Below, piece by piece: positions 19,071 to 29,024 of a stretch of 64,000 nt of DNA (its first letter is position 1; each line of letters begins with the position of its first letter). The notes beneath the pieces are model-generated. The model was not told the origin of the DNA and did no database searches. It saw nothing but the letters and a program-made list of their open reading frames with translations. Source of the stretch: an uncultured Phycisphaerales bacterium (GTDB lineage: Bacteria > Planctomycetota > Phycisphaerae > Sedimentisphaerales > Anaerobacaceae). The DNA lies in assembly GCA_963718665.1 (NCBI GenBank), contig OY970359.1:960001-1024000 (forward strand), in the 5' to 3' direction. Position numbers and translations under genes: made by a program.

Positions 19071-21407
19071 CTACCACAGATTACTCTGTGAGACACCGTA
19101 TAATTTACAAATTTTATTATCTATCGAGCTTATCGTATTGGCACGATCGGCTCCTCTGGGGCTTTCATTTAACAACATTACAGTAAGATTTACCACCTCA
19201 TCAAATAACCGCTTATCCTGTTCATTTTGCGGGACAGGCATAGGAAATTCACGGAGGACGCTAACTCGGTAACAATACCAACCAGAACCTAATGTCGGCA
19301 TTCGTCGTTGAGCCCACATCCGGAATACTTTGCTGTTAAGAACAGCAAGCAAAAAATAAACGTTTAAAGCCTTTTCATCCGGGCATATAAGAATGACGCT
19401 ATTGTTACAGAAGAGCTGTCGACATCGGTCCATGGCAAAGCTGCCGCCGGAACTAACTACACTCCCAACAATTTTTGGGCTTTTAATGATGCCAGAGACG
19501 TCTTCGCTTCTAAATGCATACCACGGTTGTTTCCTTTTCTGTTTTCTATAGATAAGATAAGGTTCGCAACGTTTTAAGTATTTATATGTAAGAGGAAATT
19601 CCGTCCGTAACATATCTTCAGTGTACAGCTTTCCGGTCTCATCATAAGGAAATATGCACAGCGTTTCAGGTTCCGGTAAGGTATATTCTTTGATATGGCG
19701 TCCACGTAATATCGGCCTCAAAATCGAATGTTCAAATACAAATCCATCACCCAAGAAACGACTTTCGGCTAATACGGTTTTAGAAGTCAAGCATTCGGCG
19801 TTTTTTAACAGAAACACATTATCCGCCTCTGTAGCTGTTCCAAAGCAGATGCGGACAGGCAATTTGCCGAGAGGTAAACCCGTTGACTCGATTTTATACA
19901 ATAGGTTCACCTCGCTTTCAGAATCCAAAATCCAATTTTCTGAAGCACATGCTGTGGCAGGCAGATTACGAATTTGTAATGATGTGTCGTCGCCGAATTT
20001 ATCAATTCTGCTTAGTTTCCTGCGCAGACTTCCTTTCGCTTTAATAAATACATATTTTGTGGTATTTTTCTCAGCAGTTTTTTGAAGCATAATTACCGCA
20101 ATCTGAACCGTAGCGTTTTGATATAGCCTGCTATCTTCAAATTCCACAATTTCACCAACAGTACACTCCTCGGCAATCAATTGACGAAGCACACGACCGC
20201 TTTTGGATCGCAAAAATGTATTAGAAATGCTCATACTTAAGTAGCCCTGATTTGCTAATTGCTCGATCGATTTTTCAATGAAAAGCATGTATAGATCAAA
20301 CTGATCGGTTTTTGCTACTCTAAATCTGCGCTTATAATTTTCGACCTTTTCGCGGTCTGACTTATAAAGTTCCTGGACTCGGACAAAAGGCGGCCCACCA
20401 ATAATCACTTGGAATGCTTCGTTTTTCAAAGATTGCCCCGCAAGGAAATCCTCGCATCTAATATTTTCCTCGAGAGTCGGTATCCTCAGATTTTGAATAT
20501 CATCCCTGCTTACGCCGTTGCTAATATAAAAATCCCATATTGTCAGCAAAAGTAATCTGCGTGTTTGCTGAATTGCCCATTCATCAATGTCTGTGCCATA
20601 AATCATAGACTCCAAAAGATTGAGTGTTTTCTGCGGAGAGAGACGTTGCGGTCTTTTATTGTCATTATAATTGCTTTTGAGCCATTTCAGTAAGAAACGA
20701 ACTGTTGCGATTAAAAATGCTCCACAGCCACAGGATGGATCGAGAATTCGCAGATGTTCAACCTGCTCAAGAGCCAATTTGCGAAATAATTTCTCAAAAG
20801 TATGAAACACAATGTAATCTACCAGGGGTGCAGGTGTGTAATATACACCTCTGGCATGACGGTCTGAGTGTTTTTTGTGAATTTTTTTATCTGCAATCGG
20901 ACTGCTTAAGCATAACTGATAAAAATCACTCATAATAGTGACCGGCATTCGACATCCATATATGACTTCGGCCGTTTCCGATATTTTAGCAAGAGATGAC
21001 AAATCAACATTTTTTTGTGGCGCTACCCCTGAATCACGTAAATGCTCCGGATTAAAAACCGCTTTGAGCAGTTTGCATGATACGCGATTGTAAACTGCCT
21101 CACAAAGATTGAACGCTGTTGGTTTATTAGCAATTTTTAGAATTTCCTCAAGAGTTGGAATCGCCATATAATCTAACTGTTTAACAAAGCCAATAAGCAT
21201 AATTGTATGGATACATTCGTCAACCGACCGTTGGGCATTTTCCCTATCTGCCTCCTTATTAAAATCACCGGCCCATACCCACAGCAAATACTCTCGCCAT
21301 TTTTGAAGATAATCGAGATGACGTGCAACAATTCTATACGGAGGAGAAATCTGCTGTTCAAGTAAAGGTGGAAGAATAGCTCCAGATTCTAATAAATAGT
21401 CAGACAC
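19071..21407 (-). CDS. Gamma-class (Eco57I/TaqI-like) N6-adenine MTase homolog with target-recognition C-terminus and atypical motif IV
   Basis: GVYYTP, ILDPSCGCGAFL, IYGTDID, DLYMLFIE, YFLLAVLNS. Motif IV reads IIGGPPFV instead of GNPPY. Confidence 0.8.
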   Translation of the reverse strand: MSDYLLESGAILPPLLEQQISPPYRIVARHLDYLQKWREYLLWVWAGDFNKEADRENAQRSVDECIHTIMLIGFVKQLDYMAIPTLEEILKIANKPTAFNLCEAVYNRVSCKLLKAVFNPEHLRDSGVAPQKNVDLSSLAKISETAEVIYGCRMPVTIMSDFYQLCLSSPIADKKIHKKHSDRHARGVYYTPAPLVDYIVFHTFEKLFRKLALEQVEHLRILDPSCGCGAFLIATVRFLLKWLKSNYNDNKRPQRLSPQKTLNLLESMIYGTDIDEWAIQQTRRLLLLTIWDFYISNGVSRDDIQNLRIPTLEENIRCEDFLAGQSLKNEAFQVIIGGPPFVRVQELYKSDREKVENYKRRFRVAKTDQFDLYMLFIEKSIEQLANQGYLSMSISNTFLRSKSGRVLRQLIAEECTVGEIVEFEDSRLYQNATVQIAVIMLQKTAEKNTTKYVFIKAKGSLRRKLSRIDKFGDDTSLQIRNLPATACASENWILDSESEVNLLYKIESTGLPLGKLPVRICFGTATEADNVFLLKNAECLTSKTVLAESRFLGDGFVFEHSILRPILRGRHIKEYTLPEPETLCIFPYDETGKLYTEDMLRTEFPLTYKYLKRCEPYLIYRKQKRKQPWYAFRSEDVSGIIKSPKIVGSVVSSGGSFAMDRCRQLFCNNSVILICPDEKALNVYFLLAVLNSKVFRMWAQRRMPTLGSGWYCYRVSVLREFPMPVPQNEQDKRLFDEVVNLTVMLLNESPRGADRANTISSIDNKICKLYGVSQSNLW

Positions 21408-21501
21408 AATTTAATCTTTTTAAATAAGCATTAAAGTTGATGGCGTGAATTAATCCCTGTGTTTCCGGCCAATTAAAAATATCGCAGGCAATTGTTAATC
21501 A

Positions 21502-22671
21502 TCAGAGCACGCAGTTACAACGACCGATAGAGTCCTTCATATCCAAAGCATCGAAAACGTCGGTCTCTTCCAAACACAGACCGATTTGCAGTTTGGGCCG
21601 AAGTTTTTTTATTTTGTCAATGAGGTATCGATACACTTCGATTCTTAGTTTTACAGGGAAGCGCATTCTACCATCTTTCGATTTGCCCTTTTCGAGCATT
21701 TTTGAAATAGCGTTATTCTTCCCTAATTTTCTCTCGGTAAGCTGCAACGCTCCGAAGTAGCTGCAAATTTGCCCCAGCGTTATGCGTTCAAGCGGGACTG
21801 ATACTAAAAATTTCTCCAAAAAGCGTGTGTATATATTTTGCCACCCTTCTACGGGGATAATGGGCATTATAACGGCGCGTAAGGGATAGCCCGCATTTGC
21901 ACACTTCCGCATCGCAGCAATTCTTTCATCGGGCAAAGGCACGTTCGACTCGAACAAGCTGGAAATCTCACCGGGATTTAAGCTCCACGAAAGAATGGTG
22001 TGGCCGTTGTGGTCAAGGTCAAGCAAATTGTCCACATTGGCGCTTTTTGTCAATAGAGTCAGTTTGGCGTTTTTCTGGTGAGCAAAAAAAGGAATAATTA
22101 AGCGTGAATAGCCGGTAAGCGGGTCAATCGCCAAACCGTCCTGGAGTTTCCCCAAGTAGAAGGCCGCGGGTACGGTCAGTTTTGAAGCAATGCCTGCGAT
22201 TCGGTCAAGGATTTCAGCGATATTTACAAATATCTTTACTGTCGGTGAGAATTTTACGCCGGGCGTTCCTGCCAGATAACAATACCGGCAATCATAAGGG
22301 CAAAAGCTGTATGGCGAAAAATGCCAGTAATTGGGGCAGCCATTACCATCCTCGTCGCTGAACCTTAGTGCGCTTTTATGCACGCCGAATACAAGGGTTT
22401 TTTTGCCTTTATAGTGCGTTTCCAGGATATCCGGCCCGCCAATATCGAGGCGATTATGAGAGGTGCCGAATCTTTCGAGCACCCGGGCCTGAGGATATAC
22501 CTTACAAATTGCCTGAACAAAATCACGCTGTTGGACGGTCTGACAGCTGCCTTTAGTCAATACAATTGCATCAGGGGTAAAATAAGAAGCCCGCTTTGGT
22601 TGATAATCCCAACACGAATTCTTTGCTGAAAAAAGGTCAATCATAATTGAATTTTCGCGCTCTAAACTCAT
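21502..22671 (-). CDS. Radical SAM protein, spore photoproduct lyase (SplB)-like
   Basis: CPYDCRYCYL, LLTKS, TILSWSLNP, ERIAA, IGLCLE. Confidence 0.8.
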   Translation of the reverse strand: MSLERENSIMIDLFSAKNSCWDYQPKRASYFTPDAIVLTKGSCQTVQQRDFVQAICKVYPQARVLERFGTSHNRLDIGGPDILETHYKGKKTLVFGVHKSALRFSDEDGNGCPNYWHFSPYSFCPYDCRYCYLAGTPGVKFSPTVKIFVNIAEILDRIAGIASKLTVPAAFYLGKLQDGLAIDPLTGYSRLIIPFFAHQKNAKLTLLTKSANVDNLLDLDHNGHTILSWSLNPGEISSLFESNVPLPDERIAAMRKCANAGYPLRAVIMPIIPVEGWQNIYTRFLEKFLVSVPLERITLGQICSYFGALQLTERKLGKNNAISKMLEKGKSKDGRMRFPVKLRIEVYRYLIDKIKKLRPKLQIGLCLEETDVFDALDMKDSIGRCNCVL

Positions 22672-22692
22672 ATTGTCAAGACAAAGACATAC

Positions 22693-23521
22693 TCAGCCTG
22701 CATCCCAAATCCTCAATTCAACATTAGTATTTCGCCACATATAATACACGGGCCTGTCGGTTAGTTTATTGAGGACAAATCTTGTGCGTTCGATGCCGGG
22801 CTGCATAAGGCGTCTTTGGCCGTAACTTTGAAGGAATCGCGTCATCTCGCCATCAATAAATTGTGCCGCCCCGCATTTTATTTCACCGCCGAGATCGCAA
22901 AGACCGCGGAGATTATTTTTAACTATTTTTTTCTCTGCGTTCTCGGCGTGCTCTGCGGTAAAAATTGAATCGAGCTTCTGCTGGACAAGTTCCGCGTCAA
23001 TCAAATCCTGCTCATCTACGCCGACCGCACTAAACGCCTCAATCAATCGAACACACGATGGGGATATTGGCGCATCATATCGCGTCAATCCCGCCTTTTC
23101 AAAAAACGGGTTCGCCCTTCCCATCACCGCCAGCGCCTCAACGAAGGGGACATCCATAATCGGCATCGTCTCTTTGACTAAGCGAACCGCAAGCCCCAGC
23201 GAGCGAAACCTCGGCTCGATAATCACCCTGCTGATTGTGCGGATATTTTTGTTGATGAGCTTGAGACGCGTGCCCTTATCCAGCCCCGCGAAAATCCCGC
23301 CTGTCGCGATATTTCGCATCTGCGCCAGCCGTCGGCATCGAATAAACAATCACCCCCACGGTTTCGAGCTTCGTCGCCGTACGGAATTTACCCTTCAACG
23401 CAAAAATCGCCGCGTATGGCCCCATATTCGGCTCGCGGTAATGATAATGCGAAAGCGATTCGTAATCCGCCCTCGTCCCACGCACAATTTCGAGATTTCT
23501 CGCCACTGTGCACATTTCCAT
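22693..23521 (-). pseudogene. GNAT-like acetyltransferase split by an apparent 2-bp deletion at ~23323
   Basis: 5' ORF LSHYHYR...VGVIVYSMPTAG joins 3' ORF AQMRNIATGG...ISRVIIEPRFRSLGLA (acetyl-CoA motif A-like)...MGRANPFFEKAG. The frameshift may be a sequencing error. Confidence 0.75.
22882..22962. repeat. 9-nt-periodic palindromic repeat inserted in frame in the GNAT gene
   Basis: ACCGCCGAG...GCAAAG...GCGGAG-TTATTTTTAA...TTCTCTGCGTTCTCGGCGTGCTCTGCGGT; related to 16527-16593. Confidence 0.7.
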
Positions 23522-23537
23522 TTTTGCTTTTTCCCTT

Positions 23538-24185
23538 TTACTTTTTACTTTTATATGTGACTTCCGCTTCTCCTGAGAAGTTTTTCACCACCAGCACATC
23601 CGGCTGCAAATCCGCCAGTATGTCCTCGTGAGCCGACGCGAGGAAAAACGTAACGCCGTTGTGTTTCGCGAACCTACGAACGTTATATGCGATTACGCCC
23701 GCGGTGATGCGGTCCAGGTTGCTGCAAAACTCGTCTGCGAATACGAACTTCCTGCCCGACGCCAGCGCGCAGGCCAGGCGAAAACGATATTTCTGCCCTT
23801 CGCTTAAATTCGCCGGCGCATTCAGCATACAAAACACGTCGCTCAGCCCCGCATAGCTCAGCATCGATAATCCGTCAATCGTCCCCGTTCCACCCACGCA
23901 GTCAATCGCTGATTTATCCGCAGGCAAAGCTATCTGCTCGATTACGATTTTATCATCATCCGCTACCGCCGCCTGCATTTCCCGCAGCAGCACGCTTTTG
24001 CCCGCCCCCGAAGGCCCGGTTATGTAAACAATGTCCCCATCGTTTACCTCGACTGTGCATGCGTGCGTCGTGCGCTGACCTTTGAGCCGGTCGATTCCCA
24101 CGCCGAACATCCGCATCACAGTCGTAACGCGCTCGCTTTTTTGCGGATTAACCTCGAATTGTTTCGCCACAGAAAATTTACGCAT
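23538..24185 (-). CDS. Soluble ABC-family ATPase (no permease partner)
   Basis: Walker A GPSGAGKS, signature LSEGQKYR, Walker B VFADEF, H-loop ASAH. Confidence 0.88.
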   Translation of the reverse strand: MRKFSVAKQFEVNPQKSERVTTVMRMFGVGIDRLKGQRTTHACTVEVNDGDIVYITGPSGAGKSVLLREMQAAVADDDKIVIEQIALPADKSAIDCVGGTGTIDGLSMLSYAGLSDVFCMLNAPANLSEGQKYRFRLACALASGRKFVFADEFCSNLDRITAGVIAYNVRRFAKHNGVTFFLASAHEDILADLQPDVLVVKNFSGEAEVTYKSKK

Positions 24186-24188
24186 CGC

Positions 24189-24635
24189 TCAATCCTCCTT
24201 TACCTCGTCCCCGCGCTTATTCGGCACACTTGTCAGCCGCTGAATTTGTCGCATCGTCTTTCTCACCTGGTAATACGTAATCTCGTGCCTGTCGGCTATC
24301 TCCTTCATAGGCAATCCATCGACAAAATAATCTCTCGCCATTTCAATCTGCTCATTGCTGAATTTGTCCCGGTTGTGCAGGCAGGTAATGTATTGCCCGT
24401 CAAGAAGCCGGCGAACCAGCTTGTGAATCCTTCTGGCAACGTTCACCTCATTGACGCCCGCCAGCCGCGCCATTTGGCTCAATGTCCCCGACCCGTTCAG
24501 ATACATTTGCATCAAAGCCCCATCCCTGCCCGTCAGCAGTCCCGCCCTGCATCGCAGAAGGTCAATTCTGTCCGTAGCTTCTGTCTCTTCTCTGCTGATG
24601 GGATTAACTTTTTGAAACGCCCTGCTCCTGGCCAT
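24189..24635 (-). CDS. Tandem HTH / sigma region-4-like DNA-binding protein
   Basis: TLSQMARLAGVNEVNVARRI and LPMKEIADRHEITYYQVRK. Weak TTGACA-N16-TAAAAT promoter near 24899-24926 on the - strand. Confidence 0.7.
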   Translation of the reverse strand: MARSRAFQKVNPISREETEATDRIDLLRCRAGLLTGRDGALMQMYLNGSGTLSQMARLAGVNEVNVARRIHKLVRRLLDGQYITCLHNRDKFSNEQIEMARDYFVDGLPMKEIADRHEITYYQVRKTMRQIQRLTSVPNKRGDEVKED

Positions 24636-25136
24636 ATCACTTCTCCTTTCTCCTCACAATCCGAAATCAAAATTTATCCGCCTTCGGCGTAATTTACTTC
24701 ATCATTGGATATTTGATATTGGACATTGGACATTCAATTCCATCTTCTCACTTCTAACTTCTGCCTTACTTAACTTTGCATTTCGCATTTTGATTTTTGC
24801 TATGCTTATCCGCACTCCGTCCCCGTCAGGCGCCTTTCATCTTCTAACTTCTAACTTCTGCCTATTAGTTGTTATTTATCAACCTAACAACAACCATAAT
24901 TTTATATCTATCGTCTTAAATGTCAAATTGTTTTTAGTAAAAAAACGAAATATTTTTATTGTTCACTATTTATATAACAAGTGAGTTGCCAAAAATCCCC
25001 GTTTTTAGCCCAATAACGAGGATTTTCGGGGATTTACTTCAAGAAGGGGGCCAAGCAATTTTTTTTGTTCTTTGGCTTAATTTTCTTGTGAGTTTTAAAG
25101 AATGAACCCAGCGAGGGATTCTTTTTCAACCCAACC

Positions 25137-25655
25137 TTATGGCAGATGCACGGCCTTTGGCTCATCATCGCCCAGAAGCAATTGTTTGTCTTTTTTGCGT
25201 TTCCTGCGTGACATAAACCAAACACCTAAAAAGGCACATCCTGACAACAATAATGTGTAAAGAAGATGCCTTATACTTAGACGAATTAGTACAGCACTTT
25301 TATAATCCTGAGGGATATTTGGAATGCCTTCCAGAAAATAAATGATGAGGATAATAGTTACTAACAGAATCGCGAGTATTGTTGCGAGCATCCGATATTT
25401 CTTCAATACAAAGCCGATTAATACACCCATCAAAAGACCTGAAACTCCGATATTTATCTCGCTGGCCGCCTCGCTCCCGTAAATAATCAGCAATGCCTTT
25501 GTGTGACTATGCGCTGTCCCTGCCGTATCAATTGCAAGTATCGGTTGTAACAAGAGAACCAAAGACAATGGGATAAATATATACGCACACAATAACGAGG
25601 CGATTATCGCGACAACAACGCTTTTCGTTATGTCCCTGGCCTTCAACGATAACAT
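25137..25655 (-). CDS. Hypothetical membrane protein (about 4 TM)
   Basis: Hydrophobic ORF; ATG at 25655 with GGGAGG RBS. The longer GTG start in the ORF track lies within a repeat. Confidence 0.65.
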   Translation of the reverse strand: MLSLKARDITKSVVVAIIASLLCAYIFIPLSLVLLLQPILAIDTAGTAHSHTKALLIIYGSEAASEINIGVSGLLMGVLIGFVLKKYRMLATILAILLVTIILIIYFLEGIPNIPQDYKSAVLIRLSIRHLLYTLLLSGCAFLGVWFMSRRKRKKDKQLLLGDDEPKAVHLP

Positions 25656-25710
25656 TTTTCGCCTCCCAACAACGATTATGTAGCCTGCATAAAACGCCAA
25701 ACACCGCCTG

Positions 25711-25754
25711 TTTACCCCGTGAGATGATGCCACATCTCTATCTCACCGGGGTTT
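25711..25754. repeat. REP-like palindrome CCCCGTGAGAT...ATCTCAC(C)GGGGT
   Basis: Same arms at 33591-33630; half copy at 29722-29732. Confidence 0.75.
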
Positions 25755-25981
25755 ATGCCATTATAATCAGTTCCCGTTCCTTGTCCAATACACATTCCGA
25801 ACCCGCCTCGCTTCTATTGTCCGGCCTCGGCACGATAATTCTGAGAAGGAAACGTTGAAAATCAATCTTACTTTCCCTTGCCTGGCAGCCATAATAGAGG
25901 TAGCATTCTGTTTGTATCCGCTTACCTGCCCCCACGGCCACCCCTAAGGGGTGTGGGGGTAAGAAATGGCAGGGACAGAAT

Positions 25982-26458
25982 ATGGAAGGCAAAAAACCGT
26001 CCGATAGTGCCGTTGAGAGTAGGTATCTGTTGATGCCTCAGCAGGCGAATCCTTACGGAACCGCTTTTGGCGGGGCGATTGTGGCCTGGATAGACATGGT
26101 CGCGTCAATGGCCGCCCAAAGGCATTGCGGCAAAGAGGTTGTAACGGCAAGTATCGATTCGCTCTCGTTTAGAGAGCCGATTCGTGTCGGCGACCATGTT
26201 GTGCTGAAGGCCTCTGTTAATTACGTCGGCCATACTTCAATGGAAGTCGGCGTTCGGGTCATTCGCGAAGACCCTTACGACGCTAAACAGGTCATAGCTA
26301 CGACGGCTCATCTGACTTTTGTTGCGCTCGATAAAGATAAACACCCCTGTCCTGTGCCCCCGATATTACCCCAGACAGCGGATGAAAAAAGACGTTACGA
26401 GAACGCCAAGCTGCGTGTCCAGGCCAGGAAAGATTTGTTGACTAAAATCAATCGCTAA
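25982..26458 (+). CDS. Acyl-CoA thioesterase (hotdog fold)
   Basis: ANPYGTAFGG, VTASID, VGHTSMEVGV, LTFVALD. Confidence 0.93.
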   Translation: MEGKKPSDSAVESRYLLMPQQANPYGTAFGGAIVAWIDMVASMAAQRHCGKEVVTASIDSLSFREPIRVGDHVVLKASVNYVGHTSMEVGVRVIREDPYDAKQVIATTAHLTFVALDKDKHPCPVPPILPQTADEKRRYENAKLRVQARKDLLTKINR

Positions 26459-26634
26459 TACGTTCAATCGAGCCTGTCGAAGGGTTTTAATTCCGCGATT
26501 CCAACTGTCAGCTATACGCTGTCCGCTGAACGCTGCTTCTGCCCGCCTCTGCTTTACTGCTTGGCGTAGGTTTTTTTCGCCCGGAAGCGATTGTTGGCCT
26601 GTTTTGCGTTTCCTGCGTACCAAAAACCAACCAC

Positions 26635-27204
26635 CTAAAAAAGTAATTTTTTGAGCAGTTCCATCGGCATACCCATAACGTTGGTCATACTGCCCTCGAT
26701 ATGGTCAACAAAGGGGTCGTTGTCGCTGATGGAATACGCGCCGGCTTTGTCACGCCAGATGCCACTTTTGATATGCTTGGCAATCTGGGCATCCATCAGT
26801 TTTTTCGGATAAACAACCGTCGTTTCGGCTTCGACGATTTTCAGATTGCCCGATTTACAGACAAGGGCAAGGGCCGTGATAACCTTGTGGGGTTTGCTGA
26901 ACAGCGTTCGCGTAATCTCTTCGGCGTGCTTCGCATCACGGGGTTTGCCTATGATTTGTCCCGCGAAATCGACAACAGTATCCGCGCCGATGACAATTGA
27001 ATCAGGATGCTTTCGAGCGACGTCGTCTGCCTTGGCAAAAGCTAATTGTTTGGCGTATTCGACGGAAGTGATATTTTCAGTTGAGAAATTTGACTCGTCA
27101 ATCTGTGAGACGACAACGGTGAATTTGTAGCCCGCTTCGGCAAGGAGCTGTTTACGCCGAGGCGACGCCGATGCGAGAATCAGGGGTAAATGTTCAATGT
27201 TCAA
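26635..27204 (-). CDS. maf: Maf-family nucleoside triphosphate pyrophosphatase
   Basis: LILASASPRRKQLL, IGADTVV, IGKP, DKAGAY, NVMGMP. Confidence 0.93.
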   Translation of the reverse strand: MNIEHLPLILASASPRRKQLLAEAGYKFTVVVSQIDESNFSTENITSVEYAKQLAFAKADDVARKHPDSIVIGADTVVDFAGQIIGKPRDAKHAEEITRTLFSKPHKVITALALVCKSGNLKIVEAETTVVYPKKLMDAQIAKHIKSGIWRDKAGAYSISDNDPFVDHIEGSMTNVMGMPMELLKKLLF

Positions 27205-27229
27205 TATCCAGTATCCAATAATGAAGTGA

Positions 27230-28300
27230 TTATCTTAACCGCACCGAGTATGTTATCTTTTTGCAGAAGATAAGGTATTCCTTTTCGATTTGGTCATAAT
27301 CGCTGCCGATGTAATGCTCGAACAGCACCTTTCCGATTTCGCTGTTCCGTTCGATGGTTATCGGTATATTTCTGTCGGCGGCGATTTTTATATCCTCCGG
27401 GGATAAGGGCCACTGGCCATTGAAGCCGTCGAATAGCATATTTTGATATTTGCCTAAGCGTTTGCCGTAATCATCTTCACGAAGAAAACGGACAAGGGCG
27501 TACGCCTGGCTGTAAAAGGCAGCGACGGCCTCATCGTTTTCCACAACGACCTCGCCAGGGTTTAGCGATATGAGGGCCTTGAGAGGTATAACTTTATCTC
27601 TAAGAAAGGTCTGTTTGAGTGAGCCGAGGCGGTAGGCGTTGCGGTCGGGCGTAAAGGTGTAAAAACCCCTGTCGTATTCGGTTATTTCGAACTGCATCGC
27701 GATACCTTCATCGAGCCAGCTTGGCAGGCGGTATTTGAAAAGCCGCGAGTTGAACTGGTGCCAGCCCTCGTGGCCGAGAACCGAGAAGGTGCGCTCCCGG
27801 CCGATGTTATACGCCACGCACGACCCGTTTAAATAATAAGCCCCGGCTTTGATTTTGAGATACATCTGTGCCGCTGTGCCGGTGAAATCTGTTGTGAAGA
27901 CCTCCCACTGCTGACGATTAGCGAAGAGGTAAATGGTTAATGGGGCCGAGGTCTCGATTGGTCTGGGGAGCTGGCTTTCATAGCCGCGATAGGCGGACTC
28001 GACGAAGCCGGGGACCTGCGAGAGCATCAGCGGGTCAAGGAGGGTTGTGTAAATTTCATAATGAGCAGTATTGAGCTTGAGGCCCGTGCCGAACTTGCCT
28101 TCCCATAAGTCGATTGTCTTAAGAGTGGGGAGCTGTTTATTTTTCAGGTAGGCAACCATACCCGTGGGGGTATTTATGTCGCCGGCTAACGATACGCCGG
28201 CAAAACAAAATAAACCACAGATTGCCCAGATTGCCCCCGCCAATAGGCGAGGTCTCGCCAAAGGCATACAGATTGCCCGGATTACGCTGATTTTTTTCAT
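27230..28300 (-). CDS. DUF1570-like secreted zincin-motif protein
   Basis: Signal-like N-terminus; HEGWHQF, PSWLDEGIAMQFE, FYSQAYALVRFL. Confidence 0.75.
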   Translation of the reverse strand: MKKISVIRAICMPLARPRLLAGAIWAICGLFCFAGVSLAGDINTPTGMVAYLKNKQLPTLKTIDLWEGKFGTGLKLNTAHYEIYTTLLDPLMLSQVPGFVESAYRGYESQLPRPIETSAPLTIYLFANRQQWEVFTTDFTGTAAQMYLKIKAGAYYLNGSCVAYNIGRERTFSVLGHEGWHQFNSRLFKYRLPSWLDEGIAMQFEITEYDRGFYTFTPDRNAYRLGSLKQTFLRDKVIPLKALISLNPGEVVVENDEAVAAFYSQAYALVRFLREDDYGKRLGKYQNMLFDGFNGQWPLSPEDIKIAADRNIPITIERNSEIGKVLFEHYIGSDYDQIEKEYLIFCKKITYSVRLR

Positions 28301-28353
28301 ATCATATATACGTCTGACTGGTGTGCAAAACTCAACCTAATTCTGTGATTATA

Positions 28354-28914
28354 TCATATATCTTTGAAAGGTGCGCCGAAAACCTCGGCGGAGAAGAGGA
28401 ACACATCGGTTTTACTGTCCCTCCATGCGTCTTCAGGCAGGCCCGCCTTATGGGAACAGCAATAGGACAGAAATTCTTCTTTTGACCACCCCGTTTCCGT
28501 CGCCACCTGTGGAAGAAAACATCCCGAGAGATGGCCGCGTTTTATGTAAATGCCGTCAATGCCGAGGCGAAGGGAAAGCGGGTTGGCGGTTTTTTTCAGC
28601 GCGGAAAGGACCGAGATTTCGATATCGAGGTTGGGCAGGTCGTCGGGGGTAATCTGATTGTCGAAAAAGCGCGGGTCGCCTGTAGCGGATGCCTTTGCCA
28701 TTTCGACGACCATATTGACTAACGGCTTGTCGGCGACGAACTGGCCTATGCAGCCGCGAAGCTCATCGCCGGTTTTAAGAGTAACGAAACAGCCAAGGTG
28801 CGATGCGAGGTCAGGGTCATCGGCTTCAACTTTCGGAAGGCGTTTGCCCGTGATAACGGCTTCGACGGTATCGCGTGCGACTTTCAACAACGCGTGTTTT
28901 TGTTCTTCATTCAT
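28354..28914 (-). CDS. amrA: AMMECR1 / AmmeMemoRadiSam system protein A
   Basis: GCFVTL, LRGCIG, DPRF, EISVLS, FLPQVA, KAGL. Confidence 0.92.
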   Translation of the reverse strand: MNEEQKHALLKVARDTVEAVITGKRLPKVEADDPDLASHLGCFVTLKTGDELRGCIGQFVADKPLVNMVVEMAKASATGDPRFFDNQITPDDLPNLDIEISVLSALKKTANPLSLRLGIDGIYIKRGHLSGCFLPQVATETGWSKEEFLSYCCSHKAGLPEDAWRDSKTDVFLFSAEVFGAPFKDI

Positions 28915-29024
28915 AGTTAGTCGTTAGTCGATAGCCATTAGTCGTTAGTCATTGGTAGCAAGGCATTTGATAAGAGCCATTGTCATTTTGCCGATTTGTT
29001 CAGTTTCGTCTATCATAACATCAA

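Noticed and set aside
15253..24635. Intact prophage
   Set aside because: No integrase, att repeats, portal, capsid, tail or lysis genes seen.
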